Source: Hamiltosporidium tvaerminnensis FI-OER-3-3
Lineage: Eukaryota > Fungi > Microsporidia
Assembly (NCBI GenBank): GCA_022605425.2
Contig: CM061247.1
Location: forward strand, 1,054,001 to 1,118,000
Reading direction: 5' to 3'
Length of the DNA stretch: 64,000 bases
Part shown: positions 37,141 to 51,200 of the stretch, piece after piece
Layout of the letters: each line of letters begins with the position of its first letter
Position numbering within the stretch: the first letter of the stretch is position 1
Program-made: the position numbers and the translations under genes
Notes under the pieces: model-generated
Database searches by the model: none
The model's input: the letters and a program-made list of their open reading frames with translations, nothing else
What the model was told of the DNA's origin: nothing

Positions 37141-40100
37141 GGAAATACAATACACTAAAGTTTAGAATATAGTTTGATAAATATTAACTAGCACTATACA
37201 AAGCATAAAAAAACATAGAGATTAAACGCATATTTGACATGAAAAATGTATAAAGATATTCCAAAAGAAGTAATTTTCAGCACATTTATCACGACTAATG
37301 AATAATATTTGGTAAAAGTGCAATAAATATAAATGTAAATCCGAAATAAACGAGAGAATTATATAGTTGAAGTGATATCTGGTGTTCTATAAATAATATA
37401 AAAATATTCTCGAGGTAGAGTTAAAGAAGAACTAATTAGCTAATTTTGCAGCGTTACAAGTTTAAAGAGTTCGGCCTTTTTAACGATTCTTTTTCGTGAT
37501 TCAAAATATATATTTTCTCATTATTTTAGTTAATATTATGCTATAAAATCTTTTAGACAGCATTTTCCCTATCACGGTTGCATCAAAAAGTTTTTTTTAT
37601 TATAAATGATATTCGAAATAATATAATTGTTAATAAACTTGTTTTTTTTTAATTTACGCATCTGATACAGAAAGCTTCCAACACCTTGCATTGAATTTTT
37701 TGGTGCGATAAAATTAAATAGAGATTTTAGTTTAAAACTTATTTTTCTTGATATTTTTCTCTTCTTGTGAAATAAAAATGTTGGATTTCTTACTTTTTTA
37801 TACCACTTTAAAATATTTAATCTAAATCAGCTCAGATTTTTGACTGAAAGTGCATTAAAGAGAATTTAGGTGGACGCAAAGCTTTTTGGTATTCTGCAAG
37901 GCTGTAGGCTATCAAAAAGCTAAAAACATGTAAATCTTACGGACTTTGTGCATGTTTTAAAACGTCCCATAAAAGTATCCTTTTATAAAATTCAATGAAT
38001 TATAAAGAATTAGTATAATTCTACGACGCTTTGTTGGAATAAATATAAATTAGACTTCTGTAGAACAATAGAATGTCGGCTCTTTTAGAAAATTCTTTAA
38101 AATTAGGAATCAAACCAAAAAAAACGTTAAAATTTCAATTTAGAGAGAAAAGATTAATTTAAGTATTTTTGCAAGAAATAATGCAACTTAAAACCTTTTT
38201 AAGCGAGTTTATTACAAAGCGAATTTTAAAATAATTAACTTTAATATCTTAAAAAATTTAGAATTTTAAGTGATAAATAAATATTTTCAATAAATTTTAA
38301 GATTATTTTTTCCTATAAAATAAATTTTTAAGCTTTTGCGACTGATTTAAAGAAGATTTATTTTACAAGAAAATATCTATTCTAAAATAAAGATATATAT
38401 TACGTCTATATTACACTAAAAAAACGATCTTAATTATTTTAGTTTAGCAAATATAAATGCTATTTACTTTAATCAACGTATTGATATACATTTTGTATTA
38501 TAGAAAGAATCGCACCGATTAACATACCAATTATAACACCCATGAAAATGCTTTGCAAAAAATAAGAACTCAATGTTGGTTTATAATATAAAACATTTTT
38601 TTATCATTAATAATAATTTTATGTGTGTAAAATACAATTTTAAGAGCCTATGATTAGATATATTATAGCCTGAAAACCCCAAACATATTTTTTGAATAAA
38701 GTTTAAGCAAAAATAATTTATATTCATAGATGTTAGTTTGTCTTAATAGTGATTCAAAATGCAATTTTAACAAATGACTTTAATTCTTTTTTCTTTGTGT
38801 CCTCATGTTCTATTTTTCACTGAACATTGTATAAATGGAAATGAATCCCACTAAAAAGTATTTTAGATTAATTGGAATTCGCTCTGAAATATATTACGAA
38901 ATATAAAAATCTAAATAATTTAATTTTATATAATTATGAGCATATTACAGTAAAAATTAGATATTTAAGTACTTATGCTAATCTATTTTTCCAAAAAAGT
39001 ATTTTCGTTTGGAAACGTATAGTTTCTTTATAGAGAAATCAATGTAAATATTCATTTAATTCAAATTTATTTGATATCCTCGTGTTTTTGGTAAGTCTAT
39101 TTATATATCTCTTGATATCTATATTAGAGGTTTTGTGTACTATTGAATTTACGAGGTAATTTTTGATTTGATTTGTTCAAGTAGCTGTACCGATTGACAT
39201 GAGTATATGACGGTTTCAGATAAAATTTAAAGTTTAAGCTAACTATTCTAATCAAGAACAATAGATTGAATTCATTTACCGAATCCGAGACTATTAATCT
39301 TATAGATACAAGTAGAATTTAATAAATGAAATAAATAAAGAAAGTACATATATGATTAACAACTGCCTTATTTTATTAAGTTGTCTTATATCAAATATGT
39401 AAAAAGCAATGAGGAAATACTATTAGCCCTATCGCATTATTTCTATCGCATTGTAAATTATAATGAACGGGATAAAATGCCGGTTTTCTTAAGCTCCGAT
39501 TCTTATTTTGTTAGTTTTCTTAGATTTTCTTGGTAAAAAAAAACATTCAATTTTTGAGTACTTAATTCTGACTTTTTGATTTTCTTTATTGTGCATTCTA
39601 AAAAAGATAAATAAAGTATAATTGTTCAAATAAAAAATCTATAGCTGACGAGCAATTATTGGGTTCCATATTCCAAAAGTAAATTTGATTCTCAGGCTTT
39701 ATTTTTTGAGTTTTCCAAATATATAGTTTTAGAATTATAGCTATAATTATCGAAAGGTATCTAATTTAAGTCTACATACAAAAGGTTTGGTTTTTAAACA
39801 TCCCAATCAAAATAAAACAAGCTTAACCAACACTTTTCTGATATTATATTGTATTATATTAAAAATTCGCCTGTTAACACTTATTAATTTTAAACTAAAA
39901 AAATAACTTATAATTTTTTTTCGATCACAAAACTTAGCATTCTACGATCGAATCATCGATGAAAATCAGTCTTTTTTCTTTTGAATAAATTATAAATGAG
40001 CAGTCAAATAATTTAGAGAAAATACAAATCAAGCCGATATGCTCGGTAATGGCCTCGAATATGGTTGCTTTAGATGAAATATTAAAGTGATTTCGCTCAG

Positions 40101-40271
40101 ATACCATTTAAATATTGTGAAAAATGGTATATAAAATGGATTTCTTTTATTTTCTAAATAATTTTTATAGATTAAAAGAATTCTTAATCAAAAAACTATT
40201 TTTTAAATTAATTAAGAATTGATTGTAAAAAAATTAAAAACATTTTTATATTCTTTACTCTTAGACTTTTA

Positions 40272-42587
40272 ATGAAGAGCAGAAAATTTGACTACAAATT
40301 CTTGTCAATATCTTTGCAGATTCTGCTTGCTTTATTATCAATTGAATGTGTCAACACATACAAATTCGTATATAGCTTCGAAAAAAACGGAGACTCTGAA
40401 ATATTTTTTTTTGTGAAAATTGTGAACGAAAAGCGTTTAACCTGCCGAGACACCGTGAAGATGGCATAATTATAGTTTTTGATGTGGACATCTGGTATGA
40501 ACTCAGAAGAGAAAATCATATATTTACATATAGAAATGAGAACTCTATTGCTTTTGAGGTTTTTAACAACTTCTTGTATTTGAAGGAATCAGAAGACAAG
40601 CATGAAAACGGAATAATTGGAAGCGATTTTGAATTAGCTTATTTTTTAAAATTAACTGAAAATATTGCTGAATTTTCATTTAAGTTAGATACTTATTATT
40701 TAAAATGTATTTTAATTCTCTTAAAATGCTTTGAGGTAGTTGAGAATAGGAGCCTACTTGAATTCCTACAGTCGCTATTCTTCTATGGATTAGTTGTACA
40801 AAAAGAAAGTCTATCAAGAAAAGACCGTTTTGATCTTGAAAACGCATTTCATTCAGATATATTTAAAAAACTGAATTTTTCTATTCAGAAAAGTTTATGT
40901 TATACTTTTTTAAATATGTTTATGATAACATTTGTCTTCAATGATGGTAATCTAATTATATTAGAAAAAGCCAATGAATTATATGATATTCTACTTTTTG
41001 ATAAACATATTCCGTATAAAAATTTACTGTTCAATGATTGAAAAGCCTTTTCCATATTAGAAAAAACTTTAAAATATTCAAATACATTTGAAATTTTTAC
41101 ATTTATATTGAATTTGCTTAATATAAATTCGATTATAATTGATAACAAAAAATCTAAGCCCTTGGATATTGATGTTCAATTCAACATCGTTTCACTCGAA
41201 AATTTCAAATCATTTACAATATCTAATTTCAATGAGTCTTCTTCTTTGCAAAATCTAAACCAATTCAGTAAGCATGTTAGGAAAGACGTCGAATTTGGTA
41301 GATTAGTAAATGTGTCTTGCACGTATTCCACTTTTCATGCATTATTTTACCAACAAAAACTTAAAGGTATAATTCTAAAGAATCTCAAATAGATAATGAT
41401 TATTGTATACCAAATATATTTACTGATTCAATTGCCACATTGGATTATCTAAATTTCGGAGATGTCGTAATAAATTTTAATATTCATTCCTATTTTAGGC
41501 ATGCAAACGTTCGCAGAATTATACTTACATTCTCTCGTTATAACACACAATATATATCTAATATATGTCTGATCTTTTGACAGCATACATTAATTTTCAT
41601 ACCTCGATATTCAATTTTTCGTCTATCGCATATCGGCAGGATTTTTAAAATGTATAATGTGTTTAATACATATAGAAACATTAAAAATATGTAATAGTGA
41701 ATTTCTCGAACAAATAGCATCCCAAAATTTTCAGAAGCTCTAGGAAATATGAAAAAATTAAAATACGAAAATTAGAAATTTCACCAGAAGTTTATAATTG
41801 GATATTTCAAAAGACATATATTAAAGTTATATACATTGAAAACTATACACCAAACGATGAACCCCTTACCATAAACAACTTCACCAATAATATTTCTCTA
41901 ACCAAACTTGTTTTAATAAACGTTAGGATATGTCTGTCTTTTGTTAATGAAATATTTAAATTGCAAAATTTGACAAAATTATCATTGGAATCATGTATTT
42001 TTGAATCTTTTGAAGGTTCATTACCATTTACTTTGTTTACAAAAAATCTAATTTCGTTGTCTTTAAAATATACAGACTTAGTATTATACAAGTATGCGGA
42101 CATCCTGAGTCAATTTACTTCATTGAGGCATTTGAATATATCAAGAGGTAACCTACCGCCGAGTTACATTTCAAAGTTATCTTTGTTATGTGACTCAAGC
42201 CTTAAAGTTCTTCACTGTAAGTCATACACTTTGGATAAAAAAGATTTACTAAGAATATCAAAACTAGAAGTTTTAGAACAACTAAAACTCCTTGATTGCA
42301 AATTTCTTTATTGTAATTTTTTTGATTTGGGCAAGGAATGTAAGTTCTATAATTCTTTGTATGCTTTAAATTTATATTCTACTATATTGTGCAATGAAGA
42401 TATTATATTTTTAAAAAAAATTAAAAATTTGAGATTTTTATCACTGAGACTTTACGATCTAGATATTAAAATTTTAAAAAGTTGCCTTCTTTCACTTTCA
42501 GTTGAAAAATTATATTGCGATATAAATTATATAGAATACATAGATCTAAAGGAATATTTGAAAGAGAAAGATATATTAGCATATTAA
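40272..42587 (+). pseudogene. Disrupted LRR-family gene with signal peptide (paralogue of 30894-33195)
   Basis: Four collinear ORF pieces in two frames. Signal-like FLSISLQILLALLSIECV; GSDFELAYFLKL; LRRs LQNLTKLSLESC, FTSLRHLNIS, LEVLEQLKLLDC, IKNLRFLSL. Confidence 0.75.
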
Positions 42588-45500
42588 TCTAGGAAACCAT
42601 TTAAGTAATAAAAAAAAGTTGTTTTTAGACGGAAAGTTTAAATTATTTTTTATTGTTTTATATATTTAAATTTATTCATGAAGTCTTTCTTCGGTAAAAT
42701 ACAATACATATTCCCAGAGGTTAATAAAAGCTTCTTAAATGTCAAGTAATTCTGGTTTGTCCAACTTACTACAATTAAATGGATAAAGAAAATAAAAATT
42801 TTTGATATTAAATTAAAGTTCTATTCATTCTCTTATATTAAAAGAGGATTCCATTAATAATATCTGGGAATGAAACATGCAGCTCCTGAAATCCAGAATT
42901 AAAAAATAACAAAAAGTTTTAATTTGCAACATAATAATTCAATCTATATAGTTTAATATGTCGAAACTTTTTTTTTGTGTTTATATCTTAGTATTTTAAA
43001 TTTCAGTTTCTTCTATAGATTACGGACAAGGTCGCTATATTTTTATTTGCTGTAAAATATAAATTTTTTTCTTAAAAAAAGGTTTAACTCTTTTTTTTAG
43101 AATTATTAAATTTGTTTGTCGTAGGCTTATATTCGGAGGGCTCTTTAATTGCCTTTGTTTCCTATATAATTTTCTGCATAAGTTTCATAATTTTACTCGG
43201 AATCGTTACAACATCCGTATATTTCCTCCAAGGAGATATAAGCTTGCTTGTATTTTCTTCGACTATCTATTTCTTTACTGTTTAGATTTTATGAATATTC
43301 AGAGGGTTTTCATTCTTTCCAAGTTTTCTCGTATGAATATTCATTTAAGCTACCATGATTTAAACAAATTTATTTGCAATTATTGTTAAAAAGTAAATAA
43401 ACATGTTCTTTATGGTTTAATTTATAGATTCTGTAGAGAATCTCGCAAAACTTGAGTTTTGATATGTGTTTTTTTCCATTAGCAAGAAAATATATTAAAT
43501 GTTACAAGGTAAATAACAGCACAGTCTTCCTGCGTTCTTTCATGTATATTCATATATTTTTAAGGATTTATTCACAGTGTAATTTATATTCGCATGTTTA
43601 AGAAGATACGGCCAGTACAGTGCTCATGTGATAGATATTCATAAAACATTCGAATTCTATGTTATTATGTTTTTAAGTATTACTTGCAAAAAGAGACTAT
43701 TTTTAAATCCAAATTGGTCTCCAGTTTAATTCTAAATAATAGTTTAATAAGTGACAAATGAATCCAAATACTTTAGATCAAAATTTGTTGCATAGTAAAG
43801 AAATTTGTCGTTAAAAAAACAAATAACTTTAAGTATTCATGTTTTACGCTAACAATATCCTATTCATAAATTTAAAATCTCCAACATATTTTTGTATACG
43901 TGATTTGTGTATTATAAGTTGTCTAGCCAATTATTTCTTTGATATTATAAAGCGAATAAAAAAATGCGTTGCAAATAAATGATACTAAATAAATATCTTT
44001 AGATATTAGAGAATAGTATAACATCTAAGTTGACAAAAAATTTTAGAATTGGTAATCATATTTCTTTAAATAATCTTAATTTTATTAGTTTCTCTAAATT
44101 TATAAGATTTATTGGTATTTCATTTCAAATCAAATCATTACAAAGGCTTAAAGACTTTTTTACAGCTTAGAATGCTGCATAACATATTAAAATCTTTGTA
44201 AAAATTATATTTGAGATAAATACACTTATAAAGTTAATTAAGAATTTGCCATATATAGCCTAGAGAATATTATAGCCATCTCAATTTTTGATTTGGAATT
44301 TACAGGTTAAATTTTATAAAATTTTAAGAGTAAATATCAATTTACTGGCGTATTTTATTCCTTGGTTAGGAATAAAGGATTACAAAGTGCCTGTTAAGCA
44401 ACATTTATGTAAATTTTATATTAAGACTAAATTTAACTCATAGAAATAGATTTCGATCCAAAAATTTTCTTTGTAATTCTTTATAATGTCTGTTATTATA
44501 CATTATATATAGCGAAAAATACCAATATTGGTTCGTTAGAAGAAAAAAAATCAAATTAACCTAGAATTGAACGCCGATCTCTTTCATATTTTCTAGGAAA
44601 TAGGTTTTAAGATGAAAGCGTATATAGGAAAAAATCCGATTTCAAAATCTAAAATGAAAGATCAAAAATATATATTTTAGAAACGGGTAAAGACTTACAA
44701 ATTGTTTATAAGTATAAAATACAAAAATTTATCGTAGAATTATAAGAACTAAAAAATTTTGAAAGCCTATATTCTGGTTAATTTGAAGTATTATATTTAA
44801 GTGTAGCGAAACCACACTTAATGTGACCTAGTATGTAATAATAGAAGAAACTAATCTGGATATCGCAAAGTTTAAATAAGACTAAGAATTTAAGATCAAA
44901 AGCATCTGATTATATTTATTAAAAGTGTCGAAACAGTCTCTTCTAAACAATATAAAAAACCTTCGTATCGGAATCAAAGGCTAAATATAGTTTTAGGAAA
45001 GCAGCATTGTGTGTTATACAATATGATAATTAACATACAGAATGTAATTTAACTTTATATAATACACAAAAGAAAGAAGAGTTAAGGCAAAATATTTATA
45101 AAAATATAATAAAAACGCAGTATAAAACTCCGAAAAGCCAAAGTAATAGCTCAAAATCTAAAAAGAGTAATAAAGTTACAACAGATACAAAAAACAACTA
45201 AAAAGATATACATATATGAAATATTTTTGCAAGTTTTAAAAAATATCCATCGATTACTTAAAGGCATAAGTAATTGCATTTCAAACGTAAATTTTTTCAT
45301 AAATATGATCTGATTTGGCCGAAACCTTAAATATGTTTCTTTTCACCTGTAAACCTGTTTTAGCTCGCGATATCAAATTTATTTTATCATAAAATTTAAA
45401 TTCATTTCCAATTTTCAGATAAGCAACACCGATATAGAACTATTGGCAAAACTTTAAAAACACGAATAATATGAAATACGATATAAGAAAGGCAAGTAAA

Positions 45501-47296
45501 AGGTTTTAAGAAAATAGAAATTTAAAGCTGATAATAAATTAACTTTTCAATTTATTTTTTTCGAATTTGAAATGTGATTTTTTTGGTTTTGAATACATTC
45601 CTAGTTAATAGTTAATATACTACAATCTATACAGTTTTAAAAAGCCGATTCTCAATTGAAATATGAAGTGAAGTTTCTATATATATGAAGTGAAAACGTG
45701 GTCGAACATAAGTTATATACCAAAAGAGATGAGTTATGACGCGCATATATGAAGATACAAAGAATGCAATTTTTTATTCCAAGCCATTGATTAAAAGTAC
45801 AATTAAGCATGATCGTTCTATTTTTAAAGCTAATTCCTTTCAACACAATTGTAACACAGTCCGCATGTAAATTAGCAGCTTTGCGAGTTACATGCATTTC
45901 ATAAAGATGTTTATTTTGACTGCTTAAGTTATCATTTGAAAGCAAAGGTTTCTTATGCAAATGGTAAAAGGTGTAGCAACATGTGATTCGCTAGATAATT
46001 AGAGGCAAATTCACCAGTATTCACTACTAAACCACTGGCAAAGTTCTTCTTTTTCCGCCACGGAAATGAATTAAATTGACAATTTTAGAAGTAAAAAGTA
46101 CTGCATCGATATAAACAAATAAAAACATATAAAATAAATCGAAAAAAAAATAATTAACGAAGAAACCAGCTTCCCATGACATTCAACCAAATTTTTTAAC
46201 GAATGAAGTTTAGATTACTGAGAAATTTACAAAAGTGACAAAACATTTAGAAAATGCGTTTTAAGATCTATACATTACCTTCATATCCATAATAATATCA
46301 TTCTGTTTATAAGAGAGGAAATCGACGTCGGAATGATAAAATAAAAATTTCAAAGTAAAAATATGCGTGGAATAAAACAAAGATTCAGCTGAAACTAATA
46401 TTCCGCTCCAAAAATACTATTTTTCTTCCTGACGAAATTAGTGCTTTAATACATTTACAACTAAAAATTAGAAATAAATGCGACATGATCATTTGGAGCT
46501 TCATTAAACTGATCCTATACTAATTACGAAAAATCCGGTAGAAAACGAAGCATTAAACGAGAATTGGTTTCCGAAATATATTAGCATACAATTATATCTT
46601 TTATGTGTCACTAAGGAATAATAATTTGTGTAATTTTATTAAATAAAAACATATACAAGTTGAGCAAAGTATTAAGAAATAATATAACCAAAAACACAAT
46701 TATAAATATGTAATATATAGTTTCTCGAAATAAATTCCTCTTTCGTACCTTAAAAAAAGCAAAACTAAACAAAAATGAACCTACAGGTTTTAGGATTATA
46801 GATCAGTCGTACATATAAAATTAAATTTTTAAAAATAACCTTTTTTAGAAATAATAGACACAAAAATATACAAATAATAATACGAAATTAGCTTAATACT
46901 ATAAACTTTAGAATCTATTTAACTAATTCATTGGCATTAAGGCATTACAAAAAAATCAGATAAAAGTAATCAAGAATTCTTTAGTGTGACGCAAAAAATA
47001 TTTATCAAATCATTTTTATATTTTTTATTGAAGTACCATACATTAGAGAATTGTGGTTTTGAAATACATAGAGCAGTTATAATCATTTTATAGAGAACAT
47101 GAACATTATATAGGCTGAACTAGTTAAATATCTAAAATAATAGAATCTTTACATATTTTAACAGTATTAATTGGTATTATTATTCCTTCTAGCCCAACGA
47201 AAGAAATCATTATAAAAAATCTTAGAAATCCATAAAGCTAATAGAAATCCCCAATAAAATATCTTTTAATCAACTAACCTAATACCTAGGCATCGA

Positions 47297-47990
47297 TTTA
47301 CAAAATATTTCATTTTTTTATAAAAGGTTGGATTAACCTTTCTCGGATATTAACGATGTTCTAGATTTTGAATTTTTAAATTCATCGAATATCATATTGG
47401 TATCTTTCGGAAATCTATATCTTAGAGCTTTTCAAAATGAGATGTATAATTATTCAACCAAGAAGTTTCCGTATGTTTCTTTATGGCAAGTTGCCCGAAG
47501 TTTAAGACGCAACTCGAAAAAGTTATCTGATTCATAAAAAAACACCAACATTTCTACATATTCTGAATCACTAGAACCTGTAAACCTACACCGATATACA
47601 TATTGGATACTTAAAAGATATTAAAACCCTTCAATGCCATACCAATATATATACCTATCATTTAGCCATATTATCCTTTTAAAAAATAATATTTTTTTTC
47701 ATATTCTCATACCCCAGGCTGTTGGCCCAAATCCATCAAGAATATATCTTAATGCTTTTACATTACAATTACCTACAATTTCAAGATATTTTTTTACAAT
47801 CTAGTTACATAAAAAACTACAAAATAATTTTCTAGAAATAAATTCACTATTTAGTATATTTATTCTAATTATACTCATTTTTATAAAACAACCAAATTTT
47901 TATCTCATTAAATATCCAAACAACAATACACATCCATTTTACATACCAATTACTAAGCAGATGGTTTTCTATTAGGCTATTTTCTCTGTA
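47297..47990 (-). mobile_element. Family A SINE-like repeat, degenerate copy just downstream of ATR
   Basis: Blocks agttgcccg, atgcttttacat..caattacctaca, caatctagttacataaaaaactacaaa, aaatatccaaacaa, aagcaga at the expected spacing. Left boundary approximate. Confidence 0.7.
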
Positions 47991-48252
47991 TTCCTTATAT
48001 TCCACTAAGATATAATTTACAAAATTTTAATGAAATAGAAGTACCAATCAAATTTTATTAAAATTATTTTAACAAATCTTTTATTAATATCTTTAAACAA
48101 ATCTTTTAATAAAATATACTAACAAACTATTTATATATAGATTTACCTATAAAATAAACAAAAATTGAAGATTTACCTTATTTCTATAATTTACCTTATC
48201 AGCTACATCAACCTAATATCCCATCTTCCCCCCCTCTCATAACTCTTTTCTT

Positions 48253-51200
48253 CTACAAAAAACTACACCACCCGATATACATATTAGCCAAATTAACATC
48301 ATCACAAGCCTCTTCTATCAACTCATTAACTCTTTCATTAACATCTTTAATTTTTAATTTATCAAATAACCCACCAATAACATCATTACACCCTTTATTA
48401 CGACCCCCTCTCCTACTCCACTCAAACAACGGATCATAAACAAATCCCAACAAGTTACTAACAATAAGCTCTTTATTACAAACAAGACACTTCAACACAT
48501 CTTCCATCGTTCGTCTAAACAATCCCTCAACTCCTACACACCCAAACCCACACACAATATTCTGTGTAAGTCTAAACGGCACAACTTCTCTAATTTCTAA
48601 CATTTTTCCACTATCAAATATACAACTCAAATCCACATGCACAGCTTCTGCTGTCACAGTATCCATCAAAATATTTTCACCGTGCCGATCTCCAAGTCCC
48701 ATAAAGTATCCTACAACACACATAACAGCATAACTTATTGTAAAATTCTTTAATCTTAAATACCAGTCATAATTATTTGTACATTCCTGTACAAATTTGT
48801 AAAACACTCTTCCTACCTCATCACACACACCCCTAAAATCTTCAATTCCTATTTTCTTTCTACTTCTATATTTATTCATTATCACTGATAATATAACATC
48901 TCTCTCCTTCAAATACTCCTCACAAATATTTCTAAAGCTTCTTAAATTACCAACAATCTCCAAAATACCATTAGAAGAGTCAATAGGAACAACATTATAA
49001 GTACGTATATAGCTATTATAAGTAGTGTTAGTATTTATATTGTTATTATTATTTATATTGTTATTACCATCTATATTATTACCTATATTATCTATACTAT
49101 CTATATTACCTAAATTAAATTTACTGATATTACTATCTAAATTAACTATATTATCTAAATTAAATATATTGTCTAAATTAATATTATTATCTAAATTATA
49201 CACCCTTTTGCTATTACGTATATCTCTTACAAGTATAGTGTTAAGTAACTCATTCAATTCCATAAATCTTTTATCTTTTCTAAGATCATCTTTACTTTTA
49301 CACATAATACTATAAATTTTACCATTTTCTCCTATCAATTCTATCCTCTTAGGACATTGTAATGAATTATAAATATATATACTGTCTTTAACACCTGTTA
49401 TTTTTATATTAGATTTTCTGTTGGGAATAACAGCTTCTAAAGGAAATATGGTGTTAATGTCTGGAAATACCTTTAAAAGGCTATATGTATTAGGAGGGAG
49501 GGTGTTATGATTAGTAGTTGTTTTAAGGTTAAGATTGGGTTTATGAGTTGTATTAAAGGGGTGTTGTTTAATATTAGTGTTGTTAACCCCCTGTTGTAGA
49601 TTAGTAGTATTATTAACACCCTCTTGTTTAATAGTAGTGTTGTTAACACCCTTTATATTAATACTCTTATCATTAACACCCTTTATATTACTACTCCTTA
49701 TCGTTAACACCCTTTATATTACTACTCTTATCGTTAACACCCTTTATATTACTACTCTTATTACTAACACCCTTTATATTACTACCTTTACCATTAACGC
49801 CCTCTAATCCAATCTCTTTATTATTAACACCCTCTAATCCTATCCCATTATTATTAACACCCTCTAATCCTATCCCTTTATTATTAACACCCTCCAACAT
49901 ATCCTCTCCCTTTACACCCTTAACACACCTGTTAATTATATTTTCCCTTTTTAATTTCCCAATACTTACAAAATACTTACTTAACACCCCAACATCATAT
50001 AAAACCTTTTTACATAAAGAATTAACACCCTTTAATATACTATCTATTCTCTTCCTAACATCAGTGTTAGTAGAATTAATAGAAATAAGAGTGTTATAAG
50101 TACATTTATAAGGTAAATTATTGAGCATTCTTGTTAGTAATAAGGATATGTTGTTAACAATAGAAATATCTGTGTGTGATAGTTTAGAAAGTATTTGGGA
50201 ATAAAAAGGTAAGAAATAAGATATAGGAGTGTCAGTAAAGAAGGTGTAAAGGGTCGATGTAGTAGTATTAAGAGGGTGTTGTTTATTAGGGTTATTATTA
50301 ACACCCTTTAGGTTACTAGTATTATTATTAACACCCTGTTGTTTATATGTACTATTATTAACACACTTTAGGTTACTGGTATTATTACTAACACCCTTTA
50401 GGTTACTAGTGGTTGTATTAACACCCTGTTGTTTATATGTACTATTATTAACACCCTTTAGGTTAGAGGCGGTCGTTTTAACACCCTTTATCCCTATACT
50501 ACTGTCACTAACACCCCCTACCCCTAGCATATCACCCCCTGTTAATATCTCACAGTATATATGTAAAATAACAGGTATTGTCTCATAAACATACTTATTT
50601 CCATACTTAACACTTTCTATATATGACTGTAGTGATATAAAGGGTGATATTATATAAAAATATTTACCTTTTAAATAAAACATCTTTTCACTGTTTAACA
50701 TACGTTTATGTATGTTATTCCATAGAATTGTATCTTGTTTTATTTTTGTCTGTAATAACACAGATTTATTATAATAAATATAAGAGGTGTTATTATTGTT
50801 AGTTATAGTATTGTCGTTAAAGGGGTGATAAGTATTAGTACTGTTGTTAATAGGGTGATAAGTATTAGTACTTATATTAACAGGGTCTTGTTTATAGGTA
50901 CTGTTATTAACAGGGTCTTGTTTATTAGTACTTATATTAACACCCTGTTGTTTAGTATCCCTATAATTAACACCCTGTTGTTTAGTATCCCTATAATTAT
51001 CACCCATATAATTACTATCCTTATAATTAACACCCTCTAATATACTTATAAGTCTATTTATACATTCTAATGCTTTTCTTTTTCTATTAATAGTTAAATA
51101 ATACTTACTTTGTTCATATAACACTATAAAGTTATTATTAAGTAATTCTTCTACAATTTCTTCATTAAATAAGTCATATTGTTTATTTAAACGTAAATGT

